A DNA stretch of 32,000 nucleotides from Candidatus Kuenenia stuttgartensis (GTDB lineage Bacteria > Planctomycetota > Brocadiia > Brocadiales > Brocadiaceae), in NCBI RefSeq assembly GCF_900232105.1, contig NZ_LT934425.1:4230001-4262000 (forward strand). The letters run 5' to 3'. Made by a program: the position numbers and the translations under genes. The notes beneath the pieces were generated by a model that worked only from the letters and a program-made list of their open reading frames with translations, made no database searches and was not told where the DNA came from. The number at the start of each line of letters is the position of its first letter. Position 1 is the first letter of the stretch. Positions 8,106 through 16,705 of this stretch are shown here, in pieces.

Positions 8106-8296
8106 CCCCCTGCACCCCCGCCAGCGGGGGACATAGTTTGAACAACAGGCGCATTCCCGATTTTTGGTTAACTAATTGTACATTGTAACACAAGCACCCT
8201 GCTTGTGGCATTTTACCCTCAAACTGGAAGCTTGTGTTACTATTCCTTCACCTCCCCCCGCTAATGGCATTTTTACAAAAAATCGGGAATGCTCCC
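8106..8296 (+). repeat. ~190-bp structured repeat, copy 2
   Basis: Collinear with 895-1082, differing by only scattered substitutions and small indels. TIR arms are at 8151-8167 and 8276-8293. Track ORFs 7972-8211 and 7837-8079 are spurious. Confidence 0.8.
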
Positions 8297-8571
8297 CCCT
8301 TAACCACTAACCACACTTAATCACAGATCAAGGTTTGATACCAACACATGACCCTATTCGGTATCCTTACGCAACGCTTTTTGTATACCTTCAGGTTAAC
8401 TTCACTAAAACTTTTTCACACAACAATCAGAAACGGAGAAATCAAATACGTTAAACCCGATTCATGCCCGATCCAGCCCTGAAAATGTGGAGAAATGATT
8501 AAAATTATTCCTGCCCAACCGGAGGAACTCGCTACATCAAAATCAAAGACCCCCATTCCCCGTAAGCTGAA

Positions 8572-9723
8572 CTATTCCGGTTTAACGAACATTTCCAACA
8601 ACTCCTGTAACGAGCATGAAATCTGCATTTTTCCAACTGCTGACTGTGTTGTCTGGGAGACAAGTACACGTTTATCCGCTCCAACCAGATCGGCAGCGCG
8701 GTTGAGGCTGTCAAAATCCTGCAAAGAAGGGTTCGACGTCAACTTCACTTCAATAGCCCATAATTTGTTCTTGTAACGGAACATGAGATCAATCTCAGCG
8801 CCATCAGCCGTACGGAAGAACCATGGATCCACCGGCCATCCGGTCATATTCAAGGTGTCCAGGATTTGCCCGATAACAAACCCTTCCCAACTTGCGCCCA
8901 CCCATGGTTGATTAAGAAGCGTTTCATAGTCCTGAACACCAAGCAAACTGTGAAGAATGCCGGTATCACGCCAATAACACTTCGGACTACGAACAAGCCG
9001 TTTCTTCACATTTGCAAACCAGGGTTGAAGCTTCCGAATGAGAAAAGTCCCTTCCAGAAAATGGACATAGGTATTGACCGTATGGTACGAAAGGCCGAGG
9101 CTTTGACCAATTTGCGAGGCATTCCACAATTGGCCATGAACGGCTGCCAACATTCTCAACAAACGTTGCATCACTTGTGGTTTGGCGCTTAACCCCCAGC
9201 TTGGTAAGTCACGTTGCGTCATGAGGTCGAGATAGTCCTTTTGCCATTGTGGATAGCGGTCGGACGTCAAAACACCGCCATCAGGAAAACCACCCCGTAA
9301 CCATAATTCCGTCATTGGGATATCAGGAAGTTCGGTGAGAGTCAAAGGGGTTAATTCAACCAGGGAGAGACGTCCTGCCAGGGACTCAGAAACATGTTTC
9401 ATGAGCGCCGGTGAAACAGAACCCAGCAGCAGGAAGCGACCAAGCCTTTGTCGTTCCATATCTATTGCCCCACGTAAGCGCGGAAATAATTCCGGCCATG
9501 ACTGGGCCTCGTCAAGGACTATAAGGCGTTTGGTCTTGATCAACGAAGGCCATTGGACGTCCAGACGCAGTTGTTCTGGTTCTTGTTCCAGATCGAAATA
9601 GTCAGTTGACAAAGAGCGCGCCAGCGTGGTTTTGCCGGACTGGCGTGGTCCGATTAAAGCTACCGCCGGATACGATTTCAGGCGCTGTTGTACCAGCGTT
9701 TTTATCTTTCTTGCGATAATCAT
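8572..9723 (-). CDS. AAA+ ATPase of the DUF4143 (COG1373-like) family
   Basis: The Walker A motif is LIGPRQSGKTTLA and the Walker B motif is LIVLDEAQ. The C-terminal region (...WEGFVIGQIL...FFRTADGAEIDLMF....LWAIEVK) resembles the DUF4143 restriction-endonuclease-like tail. The likely start is M13 (ATG 9723), not the track start at 9759. Confidence 0.85.
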   Translation of the reverse strand: MIIARKIKTLVQQRLKSYPAVALIGPRQSGKTTLARSLSTDYFDLEQEPEQLRLDVQWPSLIKTKRLIVLDEAQSWPELFPRLRGAIDMERQRLGRFLLLGSVSPALMKHVSESLAGRLSLVELTPLTLTELPDIPMTELWLRGGFPDGGVLTSDRYPQWQKDYLDLMTQRDLPSWGLSAKPQVMQRLLRMLAAVHGQLWNASQIGQSLGLSYHTVNTYVHFLEGTFLIRKLQPWFANVKKRLVRSPKCYWRDTGILHSLLGVQDYETLLNQPWVGASWEGFVIGQILDTLNMTGWPVDPWFFRTADGAEIDLMFRYKNKLWAIEVKLTSNPSLQDFDSLNRAADLVGADKRVLVSQTTQSAVGKMQISCSLQELLEMFVKPE

Positions 9724-9929
9724 ACAAAATAGAATACAATTTCTATTTTGCAATATCAAGATATTTCCAAAATGTTTCGATTCAGGTTACAAGCCTGAAC
9801 CCGCCTGGAAAAATTGAAAGGAAATTCTCACTTTTGAAGATTTTACCACCCTTTCTTTTTGTTTAGCGCATATGAGTTATTTCGGTACGGATGCTCACCG
9901 AAACAGGTAAATAAAAAAACACAATTACT

Positions 9930-10073
9930 TAATATTTAAGACGTGCCCCTCAGTCCTCTCCTGCCATCCAAGCTACATGGCTCCGGCTTTTACCATGACG
10001 GGTCTTTCACCCGTTAGAAAGCAATACTCTTCTCTGGGCACGCTAATATTTAAGACGTGACCCTCAACCCTCT
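9930..10073 (+). repeat. Pair of 30-bp direct repeats (TAATATTTAAGACGTGMCCCTCA..CCTCT) spaced 114 bp apart
   Basis: 9930-9959 and 10044-10073 match at about 27 of 30 positions. The 84 bp between them contains a 6-bp-stem hairpin (acgggt-ctttc-acccgt, about 9998-10014). Confidence 0.7.
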
Positions 10074-10075
10074 AC

Positions 10076-10168
10076 AGACGTTACCCTGAACAAAGTGTAA
10101 AAATGGCAGTTCCTAAAAATGGTTATTCATGGCAATTTGTCAATAATAAAAATTTGACACCTCCATAT
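10076..10168. repeat. ~93-bp repeat family D, copy 2
   Basis: Aligns with 7640-7733. It lies immediately 3' of the RHS stop codon at 10177. Confidence 0.75.
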
Positions 10169-10176
10169 TTTCCCTC

Positions 10177-13100
10177 TTATTTGTTACGGGTTTGTGGCGT
10201 GCCGCAAGGACGTTCACAAACTGCGTAACCCACAGATCTGGTGTATATGCCATTTGACGCTTCAGGTGGTGGGGCAGAACCACGATAGTACGGGTGATAG
10301 TAACTCTTCATTTCACTCACCTTTTCAATCAAACCAATAAGCAGGAATTCCTTACACGCCTCTCCTTCCTTCTTTCCATTCCATGATGTCGCGTTTCCGA
10401 TTGTAGAACCGAATGAATATGAATAAGAACCCTGAACCTGATATGGTGCTTTTTCCACTCCACCCGTAATCTGGAACGAATGCTGACTGCTTTCCTCAAA
10501 GTATAATGACCAGCTTCCTTCTACCCCTTCTCCACAACCACTTTGAGGTCTCTGGAAATTAGGAGGTTCGACCCATTCATAATTAAGGGAAAAGCTTGGT
10601 TTCCAATACCTTTTGCCACCCCATGATGGCCCTGCAATTTCGTAATCACCTGCCCTCAAAAATTTGTTATCATTTGGGTCATCCGACGGCATACTTCTCC
10701 GTGTCCAGCCGGAGCCGGAGGGGCAAGGGTCTTGCGATCTTAATCCAAACGGGTCCACCCTTACTGTAGGTTGTCCGCCCACATACTCATACAGTAGCAG
10801 TCCCGTATCGTATCCAATCGGATCCCTGCTTACAAACCTTCCTTGATCCGCGTTCATGTACCGCATACGGTAGTAATAAACTCCAGTTTCCGGATCTAGT
10901 CGGCGACCCGTAAACAGATACGGATTGTCAATACTGCCAATGCCGCCTGATGTAACCACATCGTCACCGTCAAAATCCACTGTGCCATTTGCCCCGGATT
11001 CAAATACCGTTTGAAGACCATAGGCATCATATTGATAGCCTTCTACAACTTCGCCGTTATTATCAGTTAATGCAAATATGGAGTACAATGTATTCTGATG
11101 ATAAAATAACTGCTCGTCACCGGCGCTGGTAGCGCTGTCGTCACTGTCCACATTTCGATTCAGCACAAGAGGTTCGTCTATGTACATCCCAAAGACATAT
11201 TGTTGTAATACGCTATCGGCATCATCCCGTTCCTCGATCTCCCGCCATCCATCCAGGTAAAAGTTTGTGGTTCCATCTAAATCACCGGAGTTCGACACCA
11301 CTTTGCGAATGCGGCGTCCCGATGCATCATACGTATAGGCGGAGATTACGGCGCTATCTGTTTTTCTGCTCACAGTGTACAGCCGGTTTGCAAAGTCATA
11401 TACATAAGTGTTTGTTCCATCGTCAGTCAAATTACCATTGTTGTCATGCGCCTGAGAAGCGCCTTTAAAGTCAACGTACTCATTCATTTCATTTGCGGTA
11501 TTTTTAAAGGTTTCAGTGCCAATCGTAAGCGTTAGCCAATTCCCTAAGCCGTCAAACCCCCAGTCCGTTTGGTTCTCACCGGCCTTCCCTTTACCATTCT
11601 TATCTTTGTAGAGCGAAGTGTTATTTCGCTCTTCGTAAGGCGAAGCGACGCTTCGCCCTGCATTACTGGATGCCTTTTTGGGGTCAATGACGTCTCGATT
11701 AAAGGTTATCAGCCTGTACACCGAATCATACGTATATACATCGCCTACGTTCTTTTTCCCGCTGAACTCGTGCAATCTGGTTTCGTACAATTTGTTACCC
11801 GCCCGGTCGTATCCATGTTCAAACCCGGCAACAAGGTCATTGTCTTTTGTAAGGTGTCTCAGCTTTACCGTACGTCGTGCCTTGTCGTAACCCTCGTTTT
11901 TTGTCCTCTTATCATTAAGAAAGGTCATACGAACACCGTTACTGTATGTCCGTTCCAAAATCCTTCCGGGTCCTATGTAATCATAGTCAACAATGTTTGT
12001 AGCAGAACCAGAATCTTTTATCGTGTCAATCCTGTCAAGCTTATCGTAGGAAGTTTCTATCTTCCTTCCATTGGGATAGATTAACGCCAGCCTGTTATTA
12101 GAGCCATCCCACTGGCTTGAGACGGCTTTGCCGTTCTGCACCTCTTCAAGAAGCCTGCCAAGGGAATCATAAGCATAAGCAACCGTAGCATCGTCCGCGG
12201 TATCGTTAGGGTTGTTATTGTCAAGAGATTTGGTGAGCCTTGAGAGTCCGTCATACTCAAATGCCTGCTGTGTTGTCCCAATAACCCCTGATGCCCTGGT
12301 TACATCCTTCTGCGTCAGACGGTTGAGTGCATCGTAAGTGAACTCTGTCACAGAGCCGTTCTCGTCGGTCGCTTTTACCAGATTGCTGTCCTTATCATAT
12401 TCGAACGTCTTTGTCGTCCCGTCGGCATTGGTCTGTTGTGTAAGACGGTTTGAATCATCATAGTCGTATTGTGTGGTATTTCCGTTATCGTCAGTTATTG
12501 CAGTGAGGTGGGAATTTTTGTCATACGTATAGGCAATGGTAATCTTTCCATCGGGGTTATACGGATTGGAGGTGTCGATAGCCCCATTGCCCTGTCCACC
12601 CTTCCGGAGGTCTCTTTCCTCTTTAATCTTCCGGTTGATTCCATCATAGTAGTAATGCACGGTGTTGCCATCCTTATTAATCTTGCCGTCATAAAGCCCC
12701 TGTTTGTCCTTTGTCTTTTTTCCATTTGGGTCACTGGTATAAATGAGATTATTACGGCTGTCGTAGGTAAATCTGGCGGTCTGCCCTATATTATCAGTTA
12801 CCCTGACTAAACGGTCCAGTGCGTCGTATTCGTTTATGGTGGTAAATTTCTCTGTCAATGAAGGGCTGTTCCCTTCCTGAGTGACCTCAGTTTCTTTGAC
12901 CATTGTCATATTGTTGTTTTCGTCGTAGGTGTAGTCTGCACGATTCCCTTCCGGGTCAATCCTTGCTATCAATCTGTTTACCCCGTCGTATTGTGATTCA
13001 AACACGTCTCCATCGTCCGCAATGGTAAAAGTCGTGCGTCCTTTGCGGTCGAATTCGTTTCGTGTTGTTACCCTGCCGTCATCAGATGTACCCAAAGGTC

Positions 13101-16100
13101 CATCTTTGAGGACAGTGGTACGGACGGTACTCACACCGTCAGCCACAAACAGTATTTCATCCTGCTGGTACTGCCTGTTCATCTCGTCAAAGAAGTACTC
13201 TGCCTGGCTTAACAACACGTTCCCAGAACCTGAATTGTCTTTCGGGCTTTCACCACCGATAGCGCCATAGCGTAATACCTTTATAACATTACCACTAGGA
13301 TCATACACCTGTTCTGCAACATTCCCTAAAGGGTCTGTAGTCTTAACGAGCCTGTTAAATCCGTCATATCCATACAGGATGCTGTCGTTCGCTCCGTCAC
13401 CGTTATTATCCTCTCCGTCTATTTGTTCAACAAGGTTTCCGTTCTTATCATAATTGTATGTTGTATTTGGAGAACCTCCGCTGCATCCGCACACATTAGT
13501 GGAGCGAAATACCTTGTCCCGTTCGTCATATTCCGTCTCCTGATAATTTCCCTCCGGCTGTATGACCTTTATCCTGTTTTCATTCGCATCGTAATGATAC
13601 TCAGTAACCAATGTTTCATTCTCGCTAACTTCCTTTGTCTCTTTAATTAAATGATCAAGAATGTCGTAGGAATAGGTGTACTCAACAAAATCCCCTGCAA
13701 GATCGCCGTTATTGCTGTCACTATTTTCAACCTCTTTCTTTACGATATTGTCATTATAATCGTACTCCATATAGGTGACATATTTGAATGCCTTTAAGTT
13801 TGTTTTTTTCTTTTTTCCTTTATTTTTAGAGACAGAGGCAGCACGGGTGATTTTGACTCTTTGATTGAGTTCGTTAACCACATATTCCGTAGCAATGCCG
13901 CGGCCATTGACTTCTTTTATTACATTTCCCACATCATCATAAAAATATTGAGTCTTAATCTTTGCCGGTTTTGAATTTTTACCGGAATTCCGCTTTGACG
14001 AGGAAGTGGTATCTGCTACTGCCTCTTTCAGATAACCAAAGTGATCTTTCCCCTTGCCATTAATCTTATCCTTTCCATCGCCGTCGGGGTCGTTCTCAGG
14101 TTGATAGTCGTATTCAGTAACATTCCCCTCGGTGTCGGTCTTTGATGTAATCTGGCCATATTTATTGTAGGTAAACAACTCCACAATTTCCTGTGATGTA
14201 TCGCCTTCAAGTTTCGCCTGATTGGAATCACTCAACAGATTTGCCGTCGGATAAACAATCTTGACCACATTGCCTGCAACGCCGTTGGTAACGCCGTCGC
14301 CGTTCAGATCGCCCAGACCAATTTTTACCCCTGCCTCATCAAGCATCGACTGAACGTCAGCACTTGAAACACCCAAGACCTCTGCTATCGCATTCAGATT
14401 GTTGCCTTCCTGATAGTCAAAATAATAGGTAGTAGTATAACGTGCTTTTGAATGCGTGCCGCCGTTGGGTGGCGCATAGCCGGCGTCGTTTCCCCGCGGG
14501 TCAGTCTCTGTTCTGGTACGATTGTATATCGGCTCATAGGTAAAAGTCGGGGTGATTTGCTGCTGGTCGCCCCCGCGGTCGCTGTCTGGTATCTGCTTAT
14601 TTTCAAGGAGATTCCCCTGTTTAAACCTGTCCTTTGTATAATCGGTTGAACTTGCATCCCCTGCGGCGAACGTATTTTCAACCTCATTTCCCTCTGGCAG
14701 CGTGGCTTTTACCCTTTCTCCATCTGCATTATATTCAAAGCCCGTCTCAAAATATGCCGGTTCACCCGTTCGCAGGCCTTTGGTATATTCCTTAATGGAT
14801 ATGGCATTCCCCAGTTTATTGTGCTCGTATATCGTCTTGTTACCGTTGCGGTCTGTCACCGTTACGCGATTGGCCGGTTCATTGGTACCCGAAGGGTTTG
14901 AGGTAAGTTCCTCATATACATACGTGACATCACCTCCTGCGGCAATTCCGCCGGCATTAGTTCCTCCGTAGGTCTGTTTTATAACGCGACCGTAGGCATA
15001 CGATGTGGAGTCTGTCTCATATACATTAATCACGCGCGGTGAGCCACCGACTGCCACTTCGTTCGGGGCTGTTATGGTCAAAAGGCCGTGGTTTAACGTT
15101 TCATCATCAAACCCTGATGAATAGGTATATTTAGTGGTCTTGCCATCAGGGAAGTCATTTCCATTAGTGGTACCGGTGACTGATGGAGAGGTTACAGAGA
15201 CGAGATCGCCGTTGCCGTCATATTCAAATTTAATGGTTCTATCGGCAAAATCCTTTACCCCGGTGAGTCGTCCGTCACTGTTATAATTGTACGAAATCTT
15301 CCTGCCAAGTGTGTCGGTAACTTCTGTGAGTCTGCTGTTGTCATCCCTTTTAAACTTCATGGAATTTCCGTGTCTGTCTTCCAGATTATTAAGGAAGCCA
15401 TTTTTATCATACGACTTTTTACTCCCCTGCCGGTCTCTTAGTATGAATGAACCGTCCTCATTTTTTGTTAGTCGGGTATAGGCTCCTAATGGAGTGCTAT
15501 ATGCGCCATCTGATTGTAAACCATAGAGGTCTGACCTGCCGTGACCATCCATAACGACAACACTCCCGACTTTTGTAAACGAACTACTGAATACAGGGGT
15601 AAAGGTATCCGTTGAAATGGCGTCCTGATTATCTTCCGTAATTTCAATTAGCCTGGAGTTATAGTTAAAATCCCAGTTATGTCCCAACGTCCCGTCATAG
15701 GTAATGCGGCTTTTGTAGGTGCGGGTAAACGCCCAGTCGAATCCGCGTCCGGGTATCTTGAGGTCTGTTGCCTGTAAGACGAATTCACCGTTATGGAGCG
15801 TTATGGGGTCGGGTGCGTCATTGATAAGACCAGGACTTGTAATCATGAAAGCTTCATCAGGTGGTGGACATATAGTGCAGGCAGCATCAATAAAAACGCC
15901 GCCATTTGCTCTCATGAGTTTTTTATAGTTTGTAGACGCATTATTTAAGGGTGTAACATACTGATCGTCATTGATCATAAGCCCGGTTGGTGACGTAACT
16001 GTCGGTGTCGGTTTTGGAGAGACCGTTGGGATTGGCGTTGGTTTAGCCTCTTTCACGGTAACAACCACCTCACAAATGCCGCCTGTATCGGTTTGTTCAT

Positions 16101-16443
16101 AATACCACTCAATTGCAAAGCTCGTTTGCCCAGCCCCTGTGGCGGTAATGGTAAACACGCCATGGTGGCTATAGAACTCCGTATCAGGAGATAGTGTTGC
16201 TATGCTGGTATCTCCCGTATATACCGGCCGATAATGGGTCACATCTTCCGTCAAATCAGCCGTGATCTGCCAGGTGGTGGTTTCCCCGACGTTCATTGTC
16301 ACTGCAACAGGGCCGCAATCGTGTGCCTGGGCAATGGGCAATTTTGTGAGTGCGGGAAGAATTAAAAAAGCGAGAGTAATCAATGTGGCTAAAATTAGTG
16401 TCCGGTTATAATGCACTGTTTTCCTGTCAAATAGTAAATACAT
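10177..16443 (-). CDS. RHS/YD-repeat protein (polymorphic-toxin architecture): signal peptide, Ig-like domain, PT-linker, RHS shell, DPFGL, and a 187-aa variable C-terminal domain
   Basis: There are dozens of YD-type repeats (..Y.YD..G.L......G....Y.YD..NRL..). The RHS core end reads FTGRRLDPETGVYYYRMRYMNADQGRFVSRDPIGY...VRVDPFGL. The likely start is ATG 16443 (MYLLFDRKTVHYNRTLILATLITLAFLILPALTKLPIAQA), preceded by AAGGAG 5 nt upstream. Confidence 0.93.
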   Translation of the reverse strand: MYLLFDRKTVHYNRTLILATLITLAFLILPALTKLPIAQAHDCGPVAVTMNVGETTTWQITADLTEDVTHYRPVYTGDTSIATLSPDTEFYSHHGVFTITATGAGQTSFAIEWYYEQTDTGGICEVVVTVKEAKPTPIPTVSPKPTPTVTSPTGLMINDDQYVTPLNNASTNYKKLMRANGGVFIDAACTICPPPDEAFMITSPGLINDAPDPITLHNGEFVLQATDLKIPGRGFDWAFTRTYKSRITYDGTLGHNWDFNYNSRLIEITEDNQDAISTDTFTPVFSSSFTKVGSVVVMDGHGRSDLYGLQSDGAYSTPLGAYTRLTKNEDGSFILRDRQGSKKSYDKNGFLNNLEDRHGNSMKFKRDDNSRLTEVTDTLGRKISYNYNSDGRLTGVKDFADRTIKFEYDGNGDLVSVTSPSVTGTTNGNDFPDGKTTKYTYSSGFDDETLNHGLLTITAPNEVAVGGSPRVINVYETDSTSYAYGRVIKQTYGGTNAGGIAAGGDVTYVYEELTSNPSGTNEPANRVTVTDRNGNKTIYEHNKLGNAISIKEYTKGLRTGEPAYFETGFEYNADGERVKATLPEGNEVENTFAAGDASSTDYTKDRFKQGNLLENKQIPDSDRGGDQQQITPTFTYEPIYNRTRTETDPRGNDAGYAPPNGGTHSKARYTTTYYFDYQEGNNLNAIAEVLGVSSADVQSMLDEAGVKIGLGDLNGDGVTNGVAGNVVKIVYPTANLLSDSNQAKLEGDTSQEIVELFTYNKYGQITSKTDTEGNVTEYDYQPENDPDGDGKDKINGKGKDHFGYLKEAVADTTSSSKRNSGKNSKPAKIKTQYFYDDVGNVIKEVNGRGIATEYVVNELNQRVKITRAASVSKNKGKKKKTNLKAFKYVTYMEYDYNDNIVKKEVENSDSNNGDLAGDFVEYTYSYDILDHLIKETKEVSENETLVTEYHYDANENRIKVIQPEGNYQETEYDERDKVFRSTNVCGCSGGSPNTTYNYDKNGNLVEQIDGEDNNGDGANDSILYGYDGFNRLVKTTDPLGNVAEQVYDPSGNVIKVLRYGAIGGESPKDNSGSGNVLLSQAEYFFDEMNRQYQQDEILFVADGVSTVRTTVLKDGPLGTSDDGRVTTRNEFDRKGRTTFTIADDGDVFESQYDGVNRLIARIDPEGNRADYTYDENNNMTMVKETEVTQEGNSPSLTEKFTTINEYDALDRLVRVTDNIGQTARFTYDSRNNLIYTSDPNGKKTKDKQGLYDGKINKDGNTVHYYYDGINRKIKEERDLRKGGQGNGAIDTSNPYNPDGKITIAYTYDKNSHLTAITDDNGNTTQYDYDDSNRLTQQTNADGTTKTFEYDKDSNLVKATDENGSVTEFTYDALNRLTQKDVTRASGVIGTTQQAFEYDGLSRLTKSLDNNNPNDTADDATVAYAYDSLGRLLEEVQNGKAVSSQWDGSNNRLALIYPNGRKIETSYDKLDRIDTIKDSGSATNIVDYDYIGPGRILERTYSNGVRMTFLNDKRTKNEGYDKARRTVKLRHLTKDNDLVAGFEHGYDRAGNKLYETRLHEFSGKKNVGDVYTYDSVYRLITFNRDVIDPKKASSNAGRSVASPYEERNNTSLYKDKNGKGKAGENQTDWGFDGLGNWLTLTIGTETFKNTANEMNEYVDFKGASQAHDNNGNLTDDGTNTYVYDFANRLYTVSRKTDSAVISAYTYDASGRRIRKVVSNSGDLDGTTNFYLDGWREIEERDDADSVLQQYVFGMYIDEPLVLNRNVDSDDSATSAGDEQLFYHQNTLYSIFALTDNNGEVVEGYQYDAYGLQTVFESGANGTVDFDGDDVVTSGGIGSIDNPYLFTGRRLDPETGVYYYRMRYMNADQGRFVSRDPIGYDTGLLLYEYVGGQPTVRVDPFGLRSQDPCPSGSGWTRRSMPSDDPNDNKFLRAGDYEIAGPSWGGKRYWKPSFSLNYEWVEPPNFQRPQSGCGEGVEGSWSLYFEESSQHSFQITGGVEKAPYQVQGSYSYSFGSTIGNATSWNGKKEGEACKEFLLIGLIEKVSEMKSYYHPYYRGSAPPPEASNGIYTRSVGYAVCERPCGTPQTRNK
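11608..11660. repeat. REP hairpin doublet embedded in frame in the RHS coding sequence
   Basis: gtagagcgaagtgttatttcgctcttc (11608-11634) shares its first 13 nt with the REP at 7454. The reverse complement of ggcgaagcgacgcttcgcc (11639-11657, with flanks) matches the REP at 7195 at about 23 of 27 positions. On the coding strand the doublet is translated as AGRSVASPYEERNNTSLY. Confidence 0.65.
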
Positions 16444-16579
16444 ACATGCTCCTTTCTGTGATATAAAGATATTTATGCCCAAGAAATACGTGGAAAAACA
16501 ATTTGGATTTTCTCCGCCGTTCTCTTTCTCTATTTTTCTTCCGGTTTATTTAAATCAGGTATCAACGGTCCTCCCTATA

Positions 16580-16605
16580 TAGGACGAAGAGTCTCTTCGC
16601 CCTAC
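16580..16605. repeat. REP-type hairpin in the RHS 5' leader (TAGGACGAAGAGTCTCTTCGCCCTAC)
   Basis: The stem cgaaga/tcttcg, with flanking G:C pairs, has the same CGAAG..CTTCG core and CCCTAC tail as the other REPs. Confidence 0.55.
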
Positions 16606-16675
16606 AGCCGCAATTTTAAAATTCCTTGTTCAATAGGATGAAAATTTCACATTCCAAATATTTAACACAAGAAAA

Positions 16676-16695
16676 CTCACCGATAGCTCACCGAT
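16676..16695 (-). promoter_or_regulatory. Tandem 9-bp direct repeat ATCGGTGAG-CT-ATCGGTGAG (11-bp phasing), a candidate SARP operator upstream of the RHS gene
   Basis: The plus strand reads ctcaccgat at 16676-16684 and 16687-16695. On the RHS sense strand a TTAAAT -10-like hexamer (16660-16665) lies 10 nt downstream of the proximal repeat. The site is 10 nt after the stop codon of the SARP-domain regulator. Confidence 0.35.
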
Positions 16696-16705
16696 TCTCA
16701 ATATT

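Noticed and set aside
9985-10020. A tRNA-like anticodon stem-loop (acgggt-ctttc-acccgt)
   Set aside because: The loop is 5 nt, or 7 nt with C at position 33. No acceptor, D or T arms and no GTTCRA box can be drawn around it.
11569-12084. A 171-aa plus-strand ORF, together with many other 60-113-aa ORFs on both strands inside 10177-16482
   Set aside because: All lie within or antisense to the 2,088-aa RHS gene, whose repeat-rich, stop-poor composition generates shadow ORFs. None has recognisable motifs or start-site context.
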